Assembly: GCF_026571515.1 (NCBI RefSeq)
Contig: NW_026853088.1
Span: 62,001-126,000, forward strand
Reading direction: 5' to 3'
Origin: Ruditapes philippinarum
Lineage: Eukaryota
DNA length: 64,000 nt
Below, in pieces: positions 56,001 through 64,000 of this stretch (position 1 is its first letter; every line of letters starts with the position of its first letter). Both the position numbers and the translations under genes were made by a program. The notes under the pieces were generated by a model that was not told the origin of the DNA, searched no databases, and saw only the letters and a list, made by a program, of their open reading frames with translations.

Positions 56001-58632
56001 CTTTAATCATAATCTAGATAATCATGGTCAACAGACTCTTCAATAATAAGTGTTATGCATTCATTCTGGACAAAAAAATGCAGTTCGTATGCACTTCTCC
56101 TTGTCCCTAAACACTTCTCCCTATTTTCACTGGAGGGAGAAGCACTTCTCCCCAAAATTTTTGGTCTAAACGTGAAACCCCCGAAGTGGAGAAAACTTTT
56201 ACATCAGTTTATGAAAAATAAAATTTTTCTTTTAAAATTTTATAATGTTAATTTTTTTGGGGGTTTATATTAAAGGGTAACTTTCTATTAATCATATTCT
56301 CCTGACGGCCAAAAATAACCCTATACACATTTAAACATTCAAAACCAAGATCAATTGGGACATCCCTTTTGCTGCCCAATCTGGATCATGGTTTGCATTG
56401 TTTGTATTTAGTTTAAATATTATTTTTTAAAAATGTGCCTAAAATTGATGGGAAAGTTTTAGTCAGGGTTTAAAAGATGGGCAAGGGCCAAATTTTAAAA
56501 ACATTAAGCATGAAATGGGGTAACAAAAAAATCTATTAAATCCTGGGAAAAAAAACCCTTTAAAAAAAAACCCTTTTTCGTATGTACAGTATTGACAACC
56601 AAATTTTAAAAAAACACAAGTTTATTTCTCCCCAAATTTTCCCCAAGAATGATTTAAAATTATTAAAACACTTTTGATTATGTATTAAAATTTTTCGTTT
56701 TTCATATTTACAGGTCATTTGGTCCACATTTAAAAGGGAGAAAAGCCATGACCATAGACAAATATTCCCTTGGGTGGTACCCACGAAATTTCCCCGGGTT
56801 CTTTTTTTTTCTCTCCATTTGGGTCAGCTGGGTCAAACGCTTTTTTAAAAACCCGTCAAATTTTTGCCCCCGGTTTTAAAATTTTTAAAAAACCAAATAA
56901 AAAAAGATATTTTAAATTTCCGTACTAGTCTAGTTTTAAAAAAAGGCCATTAAAATTTTCTCAATGTTTTATTAAGGAAAACCCAAACCATAAAACAACC
57001 TTTACCTTGAGGTTTATAAATTTTTTCTGAGGGCTGTTTGGGTTTCTCAGGAATTTCATTGGTCATTTTCAAAATAAATACATATTGAATTGATCAGATA
57101 GCACATACCTATTTGAGCTGTTTCTTACAATCTTGACTTCTTATCGAAGACCTTTAATACCCATTCGTAAGCATAAGCACATAACACTGTTAAGGATTTT
57201 GACGTTATAATGCTTTTATTCCCGTATCAAGACATGTGAAAAGTTGAACATGCACTCCTTCAGAAATCTCTTGTTTCTCCCTGCAGCTGCGGTGGTAATA
57301 TGTTACTGAATGTCGGTCCTCGTAAGGATGGTATAATCGACCCACTTATGCAAGAGAGGTTACAGCAGATGGGAGAATGGATGAATCTAAATGGAGAGGC
57401 AATATATGGTACCCGGCCCTGGACATACCAGAATGATTCAGTCAACCCAGATGTTTGGTGAGTGTACCTTGTATTAGATTATAATTATATTTTGTTCATA
57501 ATCATACACAGTACATAATATACTTGCATTCAATATATACAATTGTGAAATGGGTTAGAACAAGAGATATGAAATCTTAAAAAGTTCTTCTTCAATTGTT
57601 TTAGTTTGATTGTGTTGGAAGCTAAATGAAACACTCAAATCTGTTCCTGGAACCAACCAGTACTAAGCAAAGTGAAAAGTTTCTTGTTCATGGAAACAAA
57701 AGGCTTGCCCTTGTTGGGGTTTGAACCAATTTGGTCAGCAATCCTTCGGTCACTAGTATGATGTGTTAACCAGCGGGCCACACTGCCATCCCTTGTATTA
57801 ATTTACCAAAATTTTTTATAAAACAAACATTTTGAATGTTTCATGGAATGATTGTAAAACTTCTTTTCTTATGCATTTTTTTTATCTTAGACAAAAACAA
57901 AAGTAAATATAAACTGTATTTTTCATTTTCTACTAGAATTCTTTTGTTTTCTCTTTTGTCTAGGATACTTTAAGTTCAAGGACTTTTTAAGCGTAGAAGA
58001 GACTGAAAGATTTTTATATGCATCCAAGTTACAGGTTGTTCCCATTAATCATATATTTGCTGATGCAATTACTTTTCTTAGGTCCCAAACAAGGCAGAAG
58101 TGGAAATATACTATACCAGTAGATACTTGGTTGAAAAAATTAAATAGTGGCATTTAAAATTTATATATATATATATTTATATTGAAAGTAATAGTTCAAA
58201 CTGCACAATATAAGAGTACTGTTATGTTGTTAATGTATATGTTGACATAATTGTAAGAGTTATATTAAGTATATTTTCTATGGCAGGTATACAAACAAAA
58301 CAACAAATGGCGTAACTGTTGTCTACGCGATTTCACTAGTATGGCCAAATAATGGTTCCCTGCATATTGCATCTCCATTTCCGTCAGTATCAACCACAGT
58401 TGTTTCCCTACTCGGCTACGAGAACAAGCTAAGCTGGAGCCTGGCTTATCCAAAGGGAATGATAATAGAACTACCAAAGTTAGCTCCAAGCCAGGTACCA
58501 GGCCAGTGGGCGTGGGTGTTTAAACTGGAGGGACTCATCAAGGAGGAGCGGAAGGAACCATTCAGGATGCCGAAGTTTAACGTCAACAAACCTCCACATC
58601 CACATTACTACCCTGACGTCACCTATAATTAA
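51115..58632 (+). CDS. FUCA: Alpha-L-fucosidase (GH29, FUCA1/FUCA2-like), 8 exons; exon 6 corrupted in this sequence
   Basis: Exons 51115-51452, 52113-52219, 52506-52636, 54631-54764, 55790-55887, about 56714-56860 (garbled; AMTIDKYS still readable), 57287-57457, 58287-58632 (TAA). Signal peptide, [35 protein letters not shown], nucleophile motif [35 protein letters not shown]. Confidence 0.93.
51570..51938. mobile_element. Degraded copy of the 7310-7787 hairpin element in FUCA intron 1
   Basis: Shares gcccatgggcgggttcccgagggac and gcacgcgactcatctggcaccccccatgccagatgaaattt. Confidence 0.75.
53988..54046. repeat. Perfect 23-bp inverted repeat with 13-nt loop in FUCA intron 3
   Basis: AGTGCAGTAACAGGTTAACTCCT / AGGAGTTAACCTGTTACTGCACT. 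Confidence 0.9.
55267..55501. mobile_element. 235-bp palindromic MITE (second copy), in FUCA intron 4
   Basis: GAG...CTC termini; AAAT TSD; highly similar to 9473-9707. Confidence 0.85.
57600..57792 (-). mobile_element. Degraded tRNA-derived SINE (third family)
   Basis: Minus-strand A-box-like TGGCCCGCTGG and B-box GGTTCAAACCC; body cactcaaatctgttcctggaaccaaccagtact. Confidence 0.6.
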
Positions 58633-59844
58633 CTTGTGTGGAAGTTGTTTGATAAATTTGTACTGAAGTTGTTAATTTATGTGCTCAAAATATGATTAAA
58701 TAAATTGTTACTTTAGCTTCTGTTTTTCCCTAATGTTAGCATTAATTGATGTGATAAAAATTACGGTATGTTGGCTTGTGGAAAGTCAGCATATTTTCAA
58801 CACTGTCTAATTTTTACAAATACCAAGTAAGTGTCAAAATGACTAGAATTGACTTAAATTTGTATCAACTGGAAACCAATATCATAAGCAAAAAGTGGCG
58901 AAGTTGACTATTTAATAATTATACATGAGCTATGAAAAGATGGAATACAACTGTACTTTAATGTTTGTTCCGGAAAAACAAATTGTTAAAAGAATATCAC
59001 ATTTACTGTTTTATAAATATTTAATATAGGTTTATTTTGTTCAATATTTATCACAATTTACATATTTTTGAGAACACACCTTTTGAGAATTAACCTTAAA
59101 CTTAGATTTTTCTATAAAAAAGTGCTTATGAATTTATATTTTTTAAGGTAAAATCCATTCAATTTTTCAAAGTTTAAAGATACAAACTTATTTTTATCTT
59201 CATCAGCTCAATTGGTTGTTAGACAGGTAAACTTTCAATCTGTGGATAATAGGTAGATTTACGTAGATGGGATTTCACCAAGTATGTGCATGGGTACAAG
59301 TCTTCATGCATTTGCCTGAAGATAGGTTTAATCTATACTCCTGAAAGCTCTCTATCTATATGAAAACCAATTGAAATAACACTAAATTAAGGGTTTTCAT
59401 GTTTTCTGATATATTTAACTAGCACCCATGTATGTGTATGCATATAAATCACATGATGAGAACTCTTGTTTCATAATCTGATGACCGTTTTATATATATT
59501 TATATATGTCGTTTTTATGAAAAGTTTACCTCAACAGTTGCAATATTGACATGTGGTGCAACATTTTGTAATCCATTTTAACTCTGTGATAGAAGAGTCT
59601 AAGATTGCTTGATAATGATGAATGTTCATTGGCTGAAAAGCTTATGATAAAAGTTAGCCATTATTAACATAGCATGGATGCACTTGATGTAATATGAAAG
59701 GTCTGTGAGGTGTGTAAGTAATAATTTTTGGCTAAAGGAAAAATATTTGGCATAAAAATGCTTTATACTGCCTTAATGAATTTGTATATTTACTATAAAT
59801 GTTATTTATTTGTAGAACTTTCACTTTGAAATGTAACAAATGCT

Positions 59845-60078
59845 GCCTGAAATTACCATTTGACTTACTATAAATTATCTTGAGTTACCATTTGGCATAG
59901 AAAATGTAGTTCACTTTGTACCTTGAATTACCAATTGGCTTTACAAATGCTATACATTACATTAAATTACTATTTGGCTTTACAAATGCTCTACATTACC
60001 TTGAATTACCATTTGGTTTTAAAAATGCTATGTACTACCTTAAATTACCATTTGGCTTTTAAAATGTTATATTCTACC
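59845..60078. repeat. 39-bp minisatellite, about 5-6 diverged units
   Basis: Unit about CCTTGAATTACCATTTGGCTTTAMAAATGCTATACATTA at 59921, 59960, 59999 and 60038, with weaker units upstream. Confidence 0.85.
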
Positions 60079-62220
60079 TCAGAAGGAGGATGTATCTTAA
60101 AAAATTGAATTTTGAACGAAAACATTCCAAATACCACCATTAGTGTAAGTAATATATGTTGATATTTATATATGTAGAATGAGAACAATGTTTAGCCTGT
60201 TCTCCAAATATGTTTTGTTACTAAAGATTTCCATTGTACTATCCTTTCACTTTTTCTTTACACTCAAGTTCTTATCTAGTCTTTTACTAGTTTTAACCTT
60301 ACAATTCATGTGTTCAAAAATTGTGCTTACAGTCACACCTGTGTTCAATAACTGTTTGAATAAGTGTACCGTTTTAATCAAAATAGTAAGTTATTAAAGG
60401 GACTGACTCTAGTGAGAATTTTTCGCATAACAGGAGTGGAAATATTTTTTTCAAGGCTTTTATATCATTTGATGTACTTCTATACCAATAAGTTGTGTGC
60501 AAAGTTTCAGACCATTTGTTAAATCTGTTTTTCTACAGTAATAATTTTCAAAGTGCAAAATGATCGAAAAAATGAACAGCATTTATTAAAATACTTTTAA
60601 CTCTAATCGGCTTTGAATTACACTAAATATCAATTTTATTAGAGTATGTTTCATTATTATCTGTTTCATATGGTTCATTTTAAGTTAAGCTAAAATAAGG
60701 TTTCATTATATATTGAACCTCAGTGGAGCTCCTTTAAAGTAAAGATGATATATTGAATTTGTGCGTGTGTCCGAGTGCCAGCCACCATGACTTGCCAATG
60801 CCTAGGTCAGACTTTCAGTATGCATTTGATGTATGTTAGAAATATGTACTGTAATTTTCTAAATATTTAGAATTTTGATACATGTATTGTAATCCCTCTA
60901 ATTGAAAATGGACCAATCCAAATCAAAGCAGGGCAAGTCAATTTACACATATATTCGGCAGGGTAAAGGTTAAAGTGAACTATATAAATTATATCAGCTA
61001 TTGAAAGACTGTCTTCCATTTACAAACACTGCTATTAATGTTCTTTTCATTACATGCAGGTATTTATTTTATGTCATGTGACATAGTGTTGTAAAAAAGA
61101 TAAAGGAAGTTTTTGCTGTATTAAATACGTTAGAATTCAGAATAATTGCATTTAGGTGTATTTTTTTAGTTTGACATTAAAGACAGTTGATCTGACTGAA
61201 TAGAATTAAAAATCAAAATAGTTTAATATTTATTCCTATGATTACTTATTACATATTTTCTGTAATAAATGTATAAAAAATTCTTTGAGAATGTTATATT
61301 TTCCCCATGTATTCTTTCATTATCATTTTTTTTAGATAAATTCTTTAAGTATTTAGGCGACCCATATGTATGCCACAAACTAGCAGTTTTAATCATAACT
61401 GGATTCGTTTCAAATGTAAACGCAAAAGTTTGCAATCATGGTCTGTATAAAGTGCATACAGTATTTAACGTCTGGCATAAACCTTAGCTGTGGAAACTGA
61501 TTGGCAATTCAGTATATGTTACTTTTTTTTATAAAAATTCAGGAATTCATTGACCCCCTCGCATGTATAAATCTCGCAGCAGCTACCGACTCACCCTTCA
61601 AACGACTCACACGCAGCCCTCCAAACGACACACACGCACGCACACATGCGCGCGCGTTCACAATCTGGCAGTGACTGACATAAACTTGTCGGAAGTAAAT
61701 ATCAAATCCGTGACTTTAAGGCAAGTTCTTGTGCCGATACATAATTGATTATTTTATTAATACAATTTTTTCTGACTTCGATCATGTGAGAAGTCAGATC
61801 ATGTATTGGGGATTTCTCTACTATATAGAAATCCCCACCTGTATCATAATGATATCAAGTATAGGATAGATCACGTAAAATCGTTTTCTATGACATATAT
61901 GAGACGTTGCTTTGCCTGAATATCCGAATCCAAATTCTCAAAATCCCTCTCGAAGCATGCGAGGAGAGGGTAAGACATCCAAAGAACCAAGAACAATTGG
62001 TTAACCCGTCTTGACTACTAGTAACTCGGGAGGATGCGGTTTCTGGAAAGATGCAAAGAGGCTAAAAAAGGCTCGTTTTGGCTTCTTCTGTCATCATCAT
62101 ATATATATTGACTGTTATAAAAGAAGGAAGGTGCTTGCATGAATTCGTAGTATTATACTGCTCCATTTTTGTTAAAGATAATATTCGTCAAAAGGGAATA
62201 CAAATCCCATATGTAAACTA

Positions 62221-62251
62221 TTGTTGTTGTTGTTGTTGTTGTTGTCGTCGT
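62221..62251. repeat. (TTG)n/(TCG)n microsatellite
   Basis: Eight TTG units followed by TCG units. Confidence 0.85.
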
Positions 62252-63099
62252 CATTTTGTGTTGGATCGTGTGTGGTGTCTTTTTACCTATTTATTATTAC
62301 TACTACATGTAATGTATTTTATTTAATAATAATTATTAGTAATAGTAGTATTTCCCTTTTTTTTATTTGTATTACAAAATGCACTTTTTTATTTGACGGA
62401 GAACACGTGTTTTTATTCAGTAAATTTACATCATAATTTTCTTTTAAAGCGTTTCCCCATTTTTATAACGCAGTTGTATAGAGTGTAAACTTTTCAAAAT
62501 CGATATTCAATCAAATATTCGTTCAAAGCATCGTTCAATTTAGTAAATAATGTTTACACCCATAAATATTTATTTATATACATATCCAGGTCACCTGTTT
62601 ACTTTTCATTTGGATATATATTATTTATTTCTCGGTCAAATAACTAAATTGCTTCTTAAACTTTAGAAATGAAAAACGCTCTCATATTGTTTCTTTTCGG
62701 AGTAACAAATATAAGTGAGTATAGACTTTTAATTAGCATTTGTAACTTTTTATTTCTTTCGTATCACATTATTAGCGACGCAATTCAAAATGTAATGTTC
62801 GATGTACTGTATAAGAAGAGAAAAAAAATATCTGTATTACATGTTAACAAAATTTAACTAAAAAATCGACCTAAAATTAAGTTACTGACTACCTTATAAG
62901 TCATTATGAAAAATATTAGACACACGTTATATAGGGCTATAGCCATAATATTAAAAATTTGGGAACCAGGAAGCTGAGAATGCCGGGAAACTGTTAGATC
63001 AGTCATCGCTACTTAATTGGAACATTTATTTTGTAGACAAGCCATATATATGCACTTCAAAAGTATTCTGCATAAGGGGCCTTTCTATTGTCAATAATA

Positions 63100-64000
63100 T
63101 TTTAAATGCTTTGGTCGACAGTGTCAAATGCAACACTCAGATCAAAAGCAATCATACGATGACGTTCTGGTGTTCCATCATTAACAAGTCTAAGGACAGA
63201 CTCGCATTAGTGGAACTGGCGAAATGCCGACTGATTAATTTTCGCTTACATTCTCATTCAGTCGGTAGAGTGCGGCTTTTTCTATCAATTTTTATATGAA
63301 CTCTGCCGTTTGTCGTCAAGAGTGTTCTCGTTGTTCACAGGAGGCATAGATTTTTCAGACTTGCACAATCTGATAAAGAATTTTTGATTCACCTTTTGAT
63401 TCAATTACCTTTTTACTAAGAGTTTGGCATTTTCCCCTTTTTAGAGCAGAGTGAAATTTAAATATATAGTCACATGACTGCCTGTGTAATCTCCAAAATC
63501 TTTCTGATCGACGCATCACTCGCTCCACGAACATTATACTTTCAGTGAACCAGGGTTTGGGTGTTCTATAAATTTGTATTTTCTCTTTTCTCTTTAATGG
63601 ATGAATGCGTATTTAGTATGTTTTCAATCTCGTTTTCAAACTGATTTACAAATCCATCCACCGAATCATTACTTATTGTCATTTCACTCAGCACTCAGAT
63701 CTTTTGCAAACGCTTACTCATATCCATGTTGGTTTTTTTTTTAATCACGATATGAGACATATTTCCTATCAGTGTTCTCCTTCTTAACAATGATTCATAA
63801 AAACGAAGCCTGTTAATTAACATGAAAGTGAATCAATGTCGTTCGCAAGTTCCGTGACCACAAGGTCAATGACCCTCAATGTGCGTAGAGAAATCTAAAT
63901 GCTGTTGCAATCCAAGAGCGGCCAGAGAATTGTTGAAATTCAAAACAGCACTGTTATCGTCATTTATGTGTAAATTGAAATCACCCATGATTGAAATGTT
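63100..64000 (-). mobile_element. Decayed L2/CR1-clade LINE ORF2 fragment (APE endonuclease plus RT), continuing past the right edge
   Basis: Minus-strand translation gives IMGDFNLHIN...LQQHLDFSTHIEGH/DLVVT (APE), PKPWFTESI, NQSAFRQFH*CESVLRLVND and AFDLSVAFDTVD (RT), with stops, frameshifts and an internal deletion. Confidence 0.88.

Noticed and set aside
59923-60108. ORF with a 13-aa repeat
   Set aside because: Translation of a 39-bp minisatellite; TTG start and no splice support.
60394-60737. Possible TTAA-flanked MITE
   Set aside because: The putative TIRs match only over AGG; insufficient support.
61553-61971. Short inverted repeat CCTCGCATG/CATGCGAGG
   Set aside because: Only 9 bp plus a gapped extension and no TSD; cannot call an element.

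Overview
AT-rich, intron-containing eukaryotic DNA. The SINE, HINE and MITE repertoire and the RING-less B-box gene suggest a bivalve mollusc, possibly a venerid clam; this is inference. Genes reconstructed by hand from GT-AG splice sites: (1) the first coding exon of an unidentified minus-strand gene that runs off the left edge; (2) MCM2 (minus, 17 visible coding exons, 16136-33736, 884 aa; the tiny first exon is not resolvable); (3) an intronless B-box/coiled-coil/beta-propeller TRIM-like gene (minus, 37057-38793); (4) a PM20D2-like M20 peptidase (minus, 7 exons, 394 aa); (5) a GH29 alpha-L-fucosidase (plus, 8 exons, exon 6 corrupted), head-to-head with PM20D2. Non-coding space is dense in non-autonomous transposons: a 3.6-kb foldback element with about 870-bp arms and an 11-bp TSD just upstream of the fucosidase ATG, Helentron-like elements carrying variable internal satellite arrays, several MITE families with distinct TSDs, tRNA-derived SINEs, tRNA-Pro-like cassettes, a minimal hammerhead ribozyme motif, a split-direct-repeat remnant and a decayed L2/CR1 LINE. 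Several blocks (about 33850-37050 and 56050-57060) look like unpolished long-read consensus. I found no convincing new multi-gene system; the most notable items are the promoter-proximal foldback element, the hammerhead motif, the satellite-carrying elements and the fucosidase C-terminal extension. Most short ORFs in the supplied track are spurious or are exon fragments.
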